From NCBI GenBank assembly GCA_965222605.1, contig OZ244960.1, positions 2,784,001 to 2,848,000 of the forward strand: a DNA stretch of 64,000 bases, given 5' to 3'. The translations under genes and the position numbers were made by a program. This DNA is from Candidatus Latescibacterota bacterium. GTDB lineage: Bacteria; Latescibacterota; UBA2968. Shown here one piece after another: positions 48,881 to 60,477 of this stretch. The notes under the pieces were generated by a model. It did no database searches. It saw only the letters and a list, made by a program, of their open reading frames with translations, and was not told the DNA's origin. Each line of letters begins with the position of its first letter. The stretch's first letter is position 1.

Positions 48881-48916
48881 CTATCACTTCCGGGTCATCA
48901 TTAGAGGATTTAACCA

Positions 48917-49369
48917 TTGAGAAAATGGCCTGAATTTGACAATAACGGTGATCTGCCTGTAGGCATTCATCGGGCGACATTGCCTGAAGTGCTACAACAT
49001 TTTGGAACGGGAACAGTACAGCGACATCTTGTTGGACAACGACTGGAACGCATTTATAATCTGGCCCTCGGAACAGGACAGATGGCGAGATTTATCGTAT
49101 TTGGTTCCTTCGTTACGGCAAAACCTTCTCCCGAGGATGTCGATATCTTTATGATGATGGAAGATTCGTTTGATGTCAACCAGGTAAGTAATGAGGCAGC
49201 TATCATTTTTGACCATCAGGCGGTGCAAAATGTGATAGGTGCAAGTGTTTTCTGGATTCGACGACTGGCCGCAATTGGCGGGGAACGGGAAGCCCTGGAG
49301 TACTGGCAGATAAAACGAGACAAAACGCGACGTGGAATCGTGGAGGTGATCAGCGATGATTCGGAATAA
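48917..49369 (+). CDS. Pol-beta-type nucleotidyltransferase, DUF6932-like
   Basis: WPEFDNNGDLPVGIH, FGSFVTAKPSPEDVDI (GS...DxD), RGIVEV; TTG start. Confidence 0.8.
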   Translation: MRKWPEFDNNGDLPVGIHRATLPEVLQHFGTGTVQRHLVGQRLERIYNLALGTGQMARFIVFGSFVTAKPSPEDVDIFMMMEDSFDVNQVSNEAAIIFDHQAVQNVIGASVFWIRRLAAIGGEREALEYWQIKRDKTRRGIVEVISDDSE

Positions 49370-49565
49370 CCTTGAACTTGAAGCAACCAAAGAACGCATC
49401 AGATACTTTCAACAACAGGTTGAAAAACTGCGACAGACTGAAACCAATCCACAGAATTACCAGTTATCGGCAGGAGGATTTATTGCCGAAATTGATCGGA
49501 TGAATCTCGAGGTAAGAGAGTTTCTTTCACTGCATCCCTGTCAACTAAAGGAACAGGTCCCTTGA
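49356..49565 (+). CDS. Small helical partner of the NTase (putative antitoxin)
   Basis: 14-nt overlap; GGAGG RBS; MIRNNLELEATKERI...EIDRMNLEVREFL. Confidence 0.7.
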   Translation: MIRNNLELEATKERIRYFQQQVEKLRQTETNPQNYQLSAGGFIAEIDRMNLEVREFLSLHPCQLKEQVP

Positions 49566-49567
49566 CG

Positions 49568-49678
49568 ATGTTGCACGCCTTTGAAAAGCGAAGCCAGAAA
49601 CTTCCGCAAAGAGAAATTCGGATTGCAATGGAACGCAATAAAGTCGTTCAACAAACTCCAAAACAGAAGCGGGACTAA
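49568..49678 (+). pseudogene. C-terminal remnant of a RelE/Gp49-family toxin
   Basis: Hand translation MLHAFEKRSQKLPQREIRIAMER...; matches the LHAFxKKxQKxPxxEIxxA end of Gp49/HigB toxins. Confidence 0.65.
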
Positions 49679-49750
49679 GCATGGATCAGCTCCTTTGGGT
49701 AACGATTCGCTGGAGAGAGCGAACCATTGAAAAAATAATCTAAAATAATA

Positions 49751-49785
49751 AAAAAGAGCGGTGATCCGAAGACCACCGCTCTTTT
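49751..49785. terminator. Bidirectional intrinsic terminator
   Basis: AAAAAGAGCGGTG-ATCCGAAGAC-CACCGCTCTTTT between convergent genes. Confidence 0.8.
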
Positions 49786-49802
49786 GCGTTTATCGTAAAT
49801 AC

Positions 49803-50921
49803 TTACTTGTTGCGATGTAAAATTTGCTGCAAACGCCCGACTTCGCGTTGCAGATAATTGATATGTTGATAAACCGCTGCATCTACTGGCTCTATCAGAG
49901 GCTCTGGGCGCAAAGCAGCCAGAGCAGACCTATCCATCTGATCCAGCTCGACCTGTATTGCCACCACCCGTCCCTCGCGTCGAATACCCAGCATTGCGGT
50001 CTCGCCCGGCGTACTTTCCAGCACCATCCGCTTCAAATGCACCGGACCACCAACCGCACGCCCCCGATATGAAAGCACCACATCGCCCGGCCGAATCCCG
50101 CCCTCAGTTGCAGGACTATTGGGCTGCACATTGACCACCACCACCTCGTTGCCCCGTTGTGCAACCTCCACACCCAATTTGCCATACGCCATCTGCCCAT
50201 GTGCAACCAGCGCACGCGCCACCCGCATTGCGCGATTGATCGGAATGACAAAAACCGACGACGGCATCGGACCCCATCCAAACAGAGAACCATCGTTTTG
50301 TACAACGACGCGAACCGGATCTTCATAGCGCCACACCATCCCCCCAACCCGTCCATGGCCGCAAAACACAGGTGCGCCGCCATAACTGCTCTGCACGCGA
50401 GCCGACACCTGAAACAAATCCGTATCCCGATAGATTTCATGCACCGTCCCAAAAGCCGGCACCAGATTGCCAAAGTCATTGCCCAACAAAAGGGCGTAAT
50501 GCCCAATTTTAATATGCTGTGAATCTCCCACCACAACCGTGGGCAAATTTTCTGCCTCAACGCGAATAACAGCAATCCCCGAAATCGGATCTGCCCCCAC
50601 GAGCGCAGCCCGCACCTGCACGCCAGAAGCCAGCGTCACCCGAATCTCATCGGCATCTGCAATAGCGGCTTCAATCGTTAAAATATAACCCTGGGGATCA
50701 AAAATAAACCCCGTACCGTGGGTAAACACCGAACCAAACGGCCCGCTATCTGCCCGCACACGGGGGGGATACAGCGTGTGAATCCTCACCACACTCTGCC
50801 GATTATCTTCCAAAATTGTCGCAATTTCCTCTTCAAGCGCGCACAATAGGCTGCGTTCTTCCGTCCATCCCTTGCCCACAACAAGCAGGCACAACGCCAT
50901 TGCACAACACAAACACCTCAT
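49803..50921 (-). CDS. HtrA/DegP-like trypsin-PDZ protein lacking the catalytic triad
   Basis: Signal peptide; GTGFIFDPQGYILT; VGDS; PDZ LGVE...VQPNSPA..GGIRPGDVV. The His/Asp/Ser positions read TIEAA, DPISG and SSYGG. Confidence 0.85.
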   Translation of the reverse strand: MRCLCCAMALCLLVVGKGWTEERSLLCALEEEIATILEDNRQSVVRIHTLYPPRVRADSGPFGSVFTHGTGFIFDPQGYILTIEAAIADADEIRVTLASGVQVRAALVGADPISGIAVIRVEAENLPTVVVGDSQHIKIGHYALLLGNDFGNLVPAFGTVHEIYRDTDLFQVSARVQSSYGGAPVFCGHGRVGGMVWRYEDPVRVVVQNDGSLFGWGPMPSSVFVIPINRAMRVARALVAHGQMAYGKLGVEVAQRGNEVVVVNVQPNSPATEGGIRPGDVVLSYRGRAVGGPVHLKRMVLESTPGETAMLGIRREGRVVAIQVELDQMDRSALAALRPEPLIEPVDAAVYQHINYLQREVGRLQQILHRNK

Positions 50922-50953
50922 GATCCCGCCTCTCTCCACTCGCCGAGCCAACG

Positions 50954-51550
50954 TCAAAATGAATACGAAACGGGAACCTGTTTCACATCGCGCAGGTTGC
51001 GCATATTCGATGGCCGCTGCTTCAACTGCAATGCGGAATCCACACGCGCCGAGTCCCGATAATGACGAGAATCCAGACTATAAGATTCCTTGGACAAACG
51101 CTCCAATTCCAGAGCACCTACATCAACATTTGGCAATCTCTCGCCCGGCACCAATGGAATTTCCGGACGCTCCACTGCCATCTGTGGGGTAGGTGTTGTA
51201 TCGCTATAGAAAACCACCTGAGTCAACCCCAGGCCGATCACCACAGCTGCAGCCAGCGTTGTAATAGTCCGCGAGACAGAAGAGAACAGTGTACGCCGCA
51301 CTTTGTGCAAAGACTGTTTTTCTTTTGAAACAGCCATCGCCAAATGGCTGCGAAGAGCAAAATCAAACTCAGCCGATGGGCGCACCTTTGGCAATTGCGC
51401 CATGCGCTCCTTCAAAGCTTGCACATCGGCTAACAAAACGCGACAATGCTCGCACTCGGCAGCTTTGCGATCCATTTCTGCCATCTCAACCGGACTCATT
51501 TCGCCATCTACATAAGCCGAAACTCGCGCTTCAAAATCGGTAACGGTCAT
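50954..51550 (-). CDS. Membrane-anchored anti-sigma factor (zf-HC2-like)
   Basis: SAYVDGEM...ECEHC; single TM TLAAAVVIGLGLTQVVF; directly downstream of the ECF sigma gene. Confidence 0.85.
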   Translation of the reverse strand: MTVTDFEARVSAYVDGEMSPVEMAEMDRKAAECEHCRVLLADVQALKERMAQLPKVRPSAEFDFALRSHLAMAVSKEKQSLHKVRRTLFSSVSRTITTLAAAVVIGLGLTQVVFYSDTTPTPQMAVERPEIPLVPGERLPNVDVGALELERLSKESYSLDSRHYRDSARVDSALQLKQRPSNMRNLRDVKQVPVSYSF

Positions 51551-51588
51551 GTCTATATTTTACCTCCGAGCAGGGTTTCCGGGATATC

Positions 51589-52200
51589 TTAGACATTCAG
51601 GCCCACATCCCGACCTTCATTTTTCAATTTTTGTTGTAATTTTAAGCGCCCGCGATTGACGCGCGATTTCACAGTCCCAACCGGACACTTCACAATTTCA
51701 GAAATTTCATAATACGACATACCTTCCACATCGCGCAACAAAATCACCTGGCGGTAATTATCGGGCAACGAAGCAATCGCATTCTGAATCTCCACATTGA
51801 ACAGCGAAGTTTCCGCCATGTGATCGGGACGCATAGATTCATCGGGCAATTCCATGCCCGTGTCTGACTCCTCGTCTCGATGCAGAGAAAACAACCGCCA
51901 CCGCTTGCGCCTTCTCAACTCACTTTTAGCCAAATTCCCGGCAATCGTAAACAGCCATGTAGAAAAATTGGCAATTGCACGATATTCCTTGCGCTTTCCA
52001 AACGCACGCAAAAACGCCTCTTGTACGATATCTTCTGCTGTTTCCCGATCGCCCACAAAGCGAAAAACAAAATTGTACAACCGCCCTTGATAGCGCCGCA
52101 CAATTTTTCCATAAGCATCAATATCTCCAGCAGATACCTCAGCTAAAATCTCCACATCTGACTGTTCGCCCAGTCCATATCTCGAATTTGCCATAAGCAT
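51589..52200 (-). CDS. ECF RNA polymerase sigma factor (RpoE/SigW-like)
   Basis: AEDIVQEAF, FSTWLFTIA.N, LRDVEGMSY.EI, GTVKSRVNRGR. Confidence 0.95.
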   Translation of the reverse strand: MLMANSRYGLGEQSDVEILAEVSAGDIDAYGKIVRRYQGRLYNFVFRFVGDRETAEDIVQEAFLRAFGKRKEYRAIANFSTWLFTIAGNLAKSELRRRKRWRLFSLHRDEESDTGMELPDESMRPDHMAETSLFNVEIQNAIASLPDNYRQVILLRDVEGMSYYEISEIVKCPVGTVKSRVNRGRLKLQQKLKNEGRDVGLNV

Positions 52201-52265
52201 GGAATCCCTCCCTTAGCACCTGTGTCCCCCTCCCCGCCCAAAACCTTATATCCTCAATCTAAACA

Positions 52266-52294
52266 TTAAACCCCTCAGGCTCCTTCATAGTTCC
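52266..52294 (-). promoter_or_regulatory. Putative ECF-type autoregulatory promoter
   Basis: Minus strand GGAACT-N17-GTTTAA upstream of the ECF gene. Confidence 0.55.
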
Positions 52295-52323
52295 CAAAAA
52301 TACGCGCTGCCTGCTTTTCCGCA

Positions 52324-52352
52324 TTGCGCCCTGGTCAATCCCGTTTTATATT
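52324..52352 (+). promoter_or_regulatory. Putative sigma70 promoter of acs
   Basis: TTGCGC-N17-TATATT. Confidence 0.5.
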
Positions 52353-52407
52353 CAACATTCCAAAGCCGAAACTGATGACATTCATGTTAAGAAAGCGAGG
52401 AACCCCG

Positions 52408-54402
52408 ATGGCAGCAAATCAGGTGGTCGAACAAAACGGAAAATACATCCCACCGCAAAATCTCAGCACCAATGCACATGTCCCCAGTATTGATGCCTAC
52501 GGGAAACAATACGAAAAATCGATTGCCGATCCCGAAGCATTCTGGGCCGAAATTGCCAATTCATTCCACTGGTACAAAAAATGGGACACCGTGCGGTCCT
52601 ACAACTACAATATGGACAATGGGCCAATCTTTATCAAGTGGTTTGAAGGGGCCAAAACCAACATCACGTACAACTGCATCGACCGTCACCTCGCGTCTCG
52701 AGGAGATCAAATCGCCATCTTATGGGAAGGCAACGAACCTGGTGAAGACGCCAAACTCACCTACAGTGAACTGCACGAGCAAGTCTGCAAATTTGCCAAC
52801 GTACTCAAATCCCGAGGCGTAAAAAAAGGCGACTGCGTCTCCATCTACATGCCCATGATCCCCGAACTCGCCATCGCCATGCTCGCCTGCGCGCGCATCG
52901 GCGCCATCCACTCAATAGTCTTTGGCGGCTTCTCTGCCGAAGCACTGGCAGACCGCATCGTCGATTCCTCCTGTCAGATCGTACTCACCACAGATGGCAT
53001 GTTCCGCGGTGACCGCCCCATGGAACGCAAGCAACCCGCCGACGAAGCCATTGCATTGGCAAATGAACGCATGGGGAACACCAGCGTTCACACCTGCATC
53101 GTCGTCCAGCGCGTGGGTGAAGACAGTGGCATCGCGTGTCCCATGCAAGAAGGGCGCGACTTATGGTGGCACGAAGCCATGTCAGAAGCTATTGCCGACT
53201 GCCCATGCGAAGAAATGGACGCCGAAGACCCGCTCTTCATCCTCTATACATCTGGCTCCACTGGCAAACCCAAAGGCGTACAGCACAACGTGGGTGGCTA
53301 CATGGTGTACACGGGCTACACGCACAAAAACGTCTTTGACTATCAGGACGGCGACATCTACTTTTGCGCCGCCGACATTGGCTGGGTCACGGGCCACTCC
53401 TACATCATCTATGGGCCCCTATCAAATGCCGCCACCACCATCATGTTTGAAAGCACGCCCGTCTATCCCGACCCGGGCCGTTATTGGCAGGTCATCGACA
53501 AATACAAAGTCAACCAATTCTACACCGCCCCCACAGCCATACGCGCCCTCACCCGAGAAGGCGAAGAATGGCCCGCCAAATACGACCTGTCATCTCTCAA
53601 AATACTCGGAACAGTGGGCGAACCCATCAATCCCGAAGCCTGGCAATGGTATCACCGCAATATCGGGCGAGAGCGATGTCCCATCGTAGATACCTGGTGG
53701 CAAACCGAAACCGGAGGCATCCTCATCAGTCCCCTGCCCGGCGCAACCCCCACCAAACCCGGATCGGCGACTTTTCCCCTCTACGGCATCAAACCCGTGG
53801 TCCTCGAACCAGAATCGGGCAAAATCGTCGAAGGCAATGGCGTCGATGGCGTACTCGCCATCTCAGAACCCTGGCCGGGACAAATGCGCACCGTCTATGG
53901 CGATCACAAACGCTTTGAAGAAACCTACTTTCAGCAATACAAAGGCTTCTACTTCACCGGTGACGGCTGCCGTCGCGACGAAGACGGCTACTACTGGATC
54001 ACCGGCCGCGTAGATGACGTCATCAACATCTCGGGCCACCGCATGGGCACCGCCGAAGTCGAGAGTGCCCTGGTCTCACACGGAAAAGTGGCCGAAGCCG
54101 CTGTCGTCGGCTTCCCGCACGAAATCAAAGGACAGGGCATCTATGCCTACGTCACCCTCAACGCGGGCGAAGCCTATACCGACGAACTCAAAACCGAACT
54201 CGTCCAGCAAGTCCGCACCGAAATCGGCCCCATCGCCACCCCAGACGTAATCCACTGGGCACCGGGATTGCCCAAAACGCGCTCGGGCAAAATCATGCGC
54301 CGAATCCTGCGAAAAATCGCCGAAGACGACACCTCAAACCTCGGCGACACCTCAACCCTCGCCGACCCATCCGTCGTTGACGACCTCCTCGCCAACCGGT
54401 AG
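52408..54402 (+). CDS. acs: Acetyl-CoA synthetase
   Basis: [47 protein letters not shown]. Confidence 0.98.
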   Translation: MAANQVVEQNGKYIPPQNLSTNAHVPSIDAYGKQYEKSIADPEAFWAEIANSFHWYKKWDTVRSYNYNMDNGPIFIKWFEGAKTNITYNCIDRHLASRGDQIAILWEGNEPGEDAKLTYSELHEQVCKFANVLKSRGVKKGDCVSIYMPMIPELAIAMLACARIGAIHSIVFGGFSAEALADRIVDSSCQIVLTTDGMFRGDRPMERKQPADEAIALANERMGNTSVHTCIVVQRVGEDSGIACPMQEGRDLWWHEAMSEAIADCPCEEMDAEDPLFILYTSGSTGKPKGVQHNVGGYMVYTGYTHKNVFDYQDGDIYFCAADIGWVTGHSYIIYGPLSNAATTIMFESTPVYPDPGRYWQVIDKYKVNQFYTAPTAIRALTREGEEWPAKYDLSSLKILGTVGEPINPEAWQWYHRNIGRERCPIVDTWWQTETGGILISPLPGATPTKPGSATFPLYGIKPVVLEPESGKIVEGNGVDGVLAISEPWPGQMRTVYGDHKRFEETYFQQYKGFYFTGDGCRRDEDGYYWITGRVDDVINISGHRMGTAEVESALVSHGKVAEAAVVGFPHEIKGQGIYAYVTLNAGEAYTDELKTELVQQVRTEIGPIATPDVIHWAPGLPKTRSGKIMRRILRKIAEDDTSNLGDTSTLADPSVVDDLLANR

Positions 54403-54407
54403 GGACG

Positions 54408-54441
54408 AAAAAAAGCGGGCACGCAATCGTGCCCGCTTTTT
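54408..54441. terminator. Bidirectional intrinsic terminator
   Basis: AAAAAAAGCGGGCACG-CAAT-CGTGCCCGCTTTTT. Confidence 0.88.
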
Positions 54442-54451
54442 CTCCCTTCCC

Positions 54452-54754
54452 CTATCCTTTTAACTCAACAATAATATTCCGCCAGGGTTCATTGCCCACA
54501 TTGATGGCCTCGTGTACATCTTCGCCATCAACATCTCGCCATTGCACATGGCCGTCCTTCATATCGCGGGCATCGCCTTTGGTCCCCTCTGATGAGACGC
54601 CCTGGAGCGTCCCCCCGCCGATAACCACGTACAGATAGTCATTCTCGTGCCGATGCATACCCGTGCTCTCGCCCGGGGCAAGCGCGAGGTCCCAAACGCG
54701 CACGCGATCGTTTTCAAAGAGCAGTTTGGTCCCAATATCTTCAGATATATTCAT
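54452..54754 (-). CDS. Cupin domain protein
   Basis: LFENDRVRVW.L.LAPGE...HRH..DY, HEAINVG...IVELK. Confidence 0.88.
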   Translation of the reverse strand: MNISEDIGTKLLFENDRVRVWDLALAPGESTGMHRHENDYLYVVIGGGTLQGVSSEGTKGDARDMKDGHVQWRDVDGEDVHEAINVGNEPWRNIIVELKG

Positions 54755-54780
54755 GGCTTTGATCTCCTGTAGAAAAAATG

Positions 54781-55848
54781 TCAGACCGCAAATTTTTGTG
54801 CGACAAAAATATCGGCGCGCCGGCCCAGCACCGCGATATCTTTAATGTGCTCAATCGGCGTGAGATTGGTTCGCGCCAGCGCACTTTTGACCGCATTCCA
54901 CTCGCTCGAAAGAATCGCAACAAGACCATTGGGGCGCAAAACCCGGTCAATCTCCACAAAAGCAGAGTCATAGAGCGCACGGAGTTCAAAAACAGACCCA
55001 ACCTGACGGCCCCAGGGCGGATTGGTCGCAACCTTATCAACCGATTGATCGGGCAGTGGCAAGTGACGCGCATCCCAGTGATAAACATCGCGCGGTTTGT
55101 GGCGATTGCCAAAATTTTCCAGCGTATCCGCAACAGCTTGTTCGTCAATATCCCCGCCCTGAATCAGGGCGTAGCGACTCGCAAGCGCGCGTTCGATCAT
55201 AACCGTACCCGCACCGCACATAGGATCCAGAAAAACATCGCCATCTTCCGGACAGGTGAGCTGTACCAGTGCCCGCGCAATAGTCGGACGCAACGACGCA
55301 GGGCGGTTGGCCGTCTTATACGTGCGATGGCGCATCGTGCGATCCGTAAGGCGCAAACCCAGGCGCACCTGCCTGCCGGTCTGTTGCAACCACAGTTCCA
55401 GATCGGCATTATCGGGCACAAGACGCCATTTGGGAAAGCGGCGATACACAGCCCGTTCAACGGCTTTCTGCATCTGGTTGCGACGGTACGATTGCCAGTC
55501 CTGCATGGATGCCTGGACAATAACGCGATATTTTGTGCGCCCTTTGGGCAACCCATTGAACTGCCTGTGCATATTGAGCGCCGGAATCAGATCCGGTATC
55601 TCGCCCAGAGTATTGAGATCCTCGCGCGCTCCGCTCAGCGGTATATCGGCAAGCCAATAAAAAACATCCTCCACAGTGCCCAGTTGGCGCAACGCGAGCG
55701 GACTGCCCTGCCAGTTAAACTGCACCAAATCGTAATCTCGCACGCGATTTGTACGCACATTGGAAAGGCGATTCCCAAAACAAAACCGCAATTCCCGCAC
55801 GGCAATCTGTCCAATGCCCTTGAATGACGTGGTATATAAAGTCGTCAC
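54781..55848 (-). CDS. THUMP-domain RNA methyltransferase (TrmN/Trm14/RlmL-like)
   Basis: ASLRPTIARAL, LDPMCGAGT, GGDID, TNPPWG. Confidence 0.85.
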   Translation of the reverse strand: MTTLYTTSFKGIGQIAVRELRFCFGNRLSNVRTNRVRDYDLVQFNWQGSPLALRQLGTVEDVFYWLADIPLSGAREDLNTLGEIPDLIPALNMHRQFNGLPKGRTKYRVIVQASMQDWQSYRRNQMQKAVERAVYRRFPKWRLVPDNADLELWLQQTGRQVRLGLRLTDRTMRHRTYKTANRPASLRPTIARALVQLTCPEDGDVFLDPMCGAGTVMIERALASRYALIQGGDIDEQAVADTLENFGNRHKPRDVYHWDARHLPLPDQSVDKVATNPPWGRQVGSVFELRALYDSAFVEIDRVLRPNGLVAILSSEWNAVKSALARTNLTPIEHIKDIAVLGRRADIFVAQKFAV

Positions 55849-55869
55849 AGTATCTTCTTCTCGCCTTTT

Positions 55870-55899
55870 ATCTGTGTGTATCTGTGTTCATCTGTGGTT
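55870..55899. repeat. Short tandem ATCTGTG repeat (three copies, 10-bp period)
   Basis: ATCTGTGTGT-ATCTGTGTTC-ATCTGTGGTT between bioD and the RNA MTase. Confidence 0.6.
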
Positions 55900-55918
55900 G
55901 CTTTTTGCCTTTGTGTTC

Positions 55919-57972
<2,054 letters not shown>

Positions 57973-57975
57973 CGC

Positions 57976-58962
57976 TCATCGTCCATCGCTCATCGCCGCG
58001 CCAACCTCCCGCGCAACGCGGGGACGACGCAACTTCCAGATCATGCCATCGTAAATAAAATGCATAAACGAAGTGCCATACGTAAAAACCAGAAAAATCG
58101 GAAGAGAAAGAAATTTGAGACCGTATAACAGGCCGCTGACCACAACAATAAAGCCTGTAGTATAGGGCACGATATGCTTTCCCGCTCGCGTCAACACAGG
58201 CGACGCAAAAGCATCGAGTTTTGCCTTATTGTGAACCGTAAGCGCAACAAGGGCGATATATTCCGCCGCATGGCTAAAGCTGGTCGCAGTGAAAAGGGCA
58301 TCTGTAGATAAAATGGGGACAACGCCATACATGAACGCGATCGAAGCAAAAAAAAGCAACTTGGGCCAGTTGATTTGCGCGCCCCGAAATTCGTAAATAA
58401 GCCACGCAATCGTAACAGCGATAGCTGCGACATATATCGCCTGCGCCCCCATCTGGGGAAGCGGCGTGCCAATAAGCGTATGCAGATAATGCATAACGCG
58501 ACCTTCAACATTGGCCTGAAACGCAAACATATACCCAAAGCCCGCAATGCCCCAGAGGTATGAAGTCCACGCATCGAGCTGTTTGTGCCCCCATTGTCCC
58601 TTGCCGGAATAAATCCGCAAAATGCCGTACTTTTGACGGACAAAATGGAAATAATTAAAAAGATACCAGAAAGCGAACATCTCGGGTTCTTCAACGCGAA
58701 AATAATAACACATAGCGACGAACCCCAGACACAGCACCGGGGTTATGAGATAGATCAGCCGCCGACGTTCAAATTCAATGCGGTCGAGATAAACGAGGGG
58801 AAAAGTGAAATACCGGTGGGCAACAAATGACGTGACCGCAATAAGACGGAAAGTCTCACCGTGGTCAGGGAGAAGATAAGGAGCAGCAAAAAATACCAGC
58901 CATCCGAGCGAAATACAGCACAAATCAACAGATGGGGAAATGATCCAGTGAGATTTTTTCAT
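57976..58962 (-). CDS. Uncharacterised multi-TM protein with His motifs
   Basis: About 8-9 TM segments; AHRYFT, FHFVRQKYG, SHAAEY, MHFIYDGMIWKLR. Confidence 0.7.
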   Translation of the reverse strand: MKKSHWIISPSVDLCCISLGWLVFFAAPYLLPDHGETFRLIAVTSFVAHRYFTFPLVYLDRIEFERRRLIYLITPVLCLGFVAMCYYFRVEEPEMFAFWYLFNYFHFVRQKYGILRIYSGKGQWGHKQLDAWTSYLWGIAGFGYMFAFQANVEGRVMHYLHTLIGTPLPQMGAQAIYVAAIAVTIAWLIYEFRGAQINWPKLLFFASIAFMYGVVPILSTDALFTATSFSHAAEYIALVALTVHNKAKLDAFASPVLTRAGKHIVPYTTGFIVVVSGLLYGLKFLSLPIFLVFTYGTSFMHFIYDGMIWKLRRPRVAREVGAAMSDGR

Positions 58963-58968
58963 CGCACA

Positions 58969-59943
58969 CTACGCGCGGGTCGCGCCCAGGGTTTCGAGAA
59001 CTTGTTTGGGAATTTTGCAAACAAATGTATAAGCGGGATCAAACATATTGCCCATATCGTATTCAACCGCTTCGCCCAGCAACACATGCACAGTGCGCTC
59101 ATCCAACCCAAAATCCGACGTGAGCCAGCGGATCATTTCAGTGGTAGCGTGTTCAACGCACTGATCGAGCGGACGGGCATTGCCAACCGTTAAAATATGC
59201 GTATCGTTTTCACCCCGCGGCCAGTTGATGGTTTTGCCTTTGTGCAGGTGAACCGTAAAACTCACATCAAAAGAAATTTCAATACCCGTACCCACAATTT
59301 CACCATCGCCCTGAAGCGCGTGCCCATCGCCAATGTGAAAAAGCGCGCCCGCGACAAAAACCGGCAAATAAACCGTCGTGCCCTCGTTAAAGCGCTTGTA
59401 GTCCATATTCCCGCCGTGCGTGGATGAAGTCGCAGTCGAAATCGCCTGCCCTCGCGGCGGCGCAACCCCAAAACACCCGGGATGCGGATTGAGCGGCAAG
59501 ACCAGATCCTTTAATGGACGAGTCGCGGGCTTGCCATAACCAGGCGTGGTATGGTCGCGGTCACGAGAAACTTCCACCGGGCGTGCCGTGCGATTTTCAA
59601 AATCAATTTCCCATAAAACCCGCGCAATATCATCGTCAAATTTGGGCACATAGCCCGGATCGAGAACATTGGGCGCAATGCGCGCAGAAGTATATCCATG
59701 CGAGCGGTTGGGCATCAGATAATCAAACACAACCGAAATCGAATCCCCCGGCTCTGCACCTTCAATATAAAAAGGTCCCGTCTGAGGATTGCCGCCTTCT
59801 GTCACCTGCGCGCCCGTCTTGTCCCTGCCGCCCGCACAAACCGTAGTCGTCGAAAGCGTATCGCCACTGGCAATGGTCAGAACCGGATCGTGAGACCCGA
59901 TAGCCGTGTGATAATGCGTGGGGGTAAAATTGTGATGTGCCAT
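58969..59943 (-). CDS. Acetamidase/formamidase family protein
   Basis: NPQTGPFYIEGAEPGD, GCFGVAP, HGGNMD, GDGHALQGDGE. Confidence 0.92.
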   Translation of the reverse strand: MAHHNFTPTHYHTAIGSHDPVLTIASGDTLSTTTVCAGGRDKTGAQVTEGGNPQTGPFYIEGAEPGDSISVVFDYLMPNRSHGYTSARIAPNVLDPGYVPKFDDDIARVLWEIDFENRTARPVEVSRDRDHTTPGYGKPATRPLKDLVLPLNPHPGCFGVAPPRGQAISTATSSTHGGNMDYKRFNEGTTVYLPVFVAGALFHIGDGHALQGDGEIVGTGIEISFDVSFTVHLHKGKTINWPRGENDTHILTVGNARPLDQCVEHATTEMIRWLTSDFGLDERTVHVLLGEAVEYDMGNMFDPAYTFVCKIPKQVLETLGATRA

Positions 59944-59984
59944 AAATACTCCTAAAAGATAAGGATCGCCTAAGATTTATATAA

Positions 59985-60260
59985 TCACCGAATCAATTTA
60001 TCGTATTCAGCATGTGTTCCAATCCAAAACCAGACCAATCCTTCTTCAATTTCAATTGCGACAGTTCGATATTTAATGCCAATTCTTGCAGACCAATACC
60101 TGCCGACCTTTCCCCGTTTCACGAGAACATGCTTCAATTGCAAAGAAGGATGTCTCGAATCTCGCTTCAGTAATTTGAAATTCTCATCTGCTAATTCTTG
60201 AATCTCTCGTGGAAGTCTTTGATAACATTTCCAAAAATAGGGGTTTGTAAAATGTTTCAT
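59985..60260 (-). CDS. RelE/ParE-like TA toxin
   Basis: FWKCYQRLP, HPSLQLK, WSARIG..YR, WFWIGTHAEYDKL. Confidence 0.85.
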   Translation of the reverse strand: MKHFTNPYFWKCYQRLPREIQELADENFKLLKRDSRHPSLQLKHVLVKRGKVGRYWSARIGIKYRTVAIEIEEGLVWFWIGTHAEYDKLIR

Positions 60261-60457
60261 ACCTCTCTAACATTTCCTGCGCGAAAATCAGCAATCGCTT
60301 GATTCGCAAGGTGATCCAATTTGCCGAGCTTAACATCTTCCTCAAACTGTTTATCCCATACTTTTGCATCAAATTCCTCGAACCACACTCTAAAACGAGC
60401 CAGTTCATCCGCTGAGAGTTGGGCAACATCTGCTTGAAGTTCTTGAACCGCTGGCAT
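60257..60457 (-). CDS. Cognate antitoxin
   Basis: Acidic 66 aa; WDKQFEED...GKLD.LA; ATGA overlap with the toxin gene. Confidence 0.82.
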   Translation of the reverse strand: MPAVQELQADVAQLSADELARFRVWFEEFDAKVWDKQFEEDVKLGKLDHLANQAIADFRAGNVREV

Positions 60458-60477
60458 GTATTTCTCCTTCCGTCATT

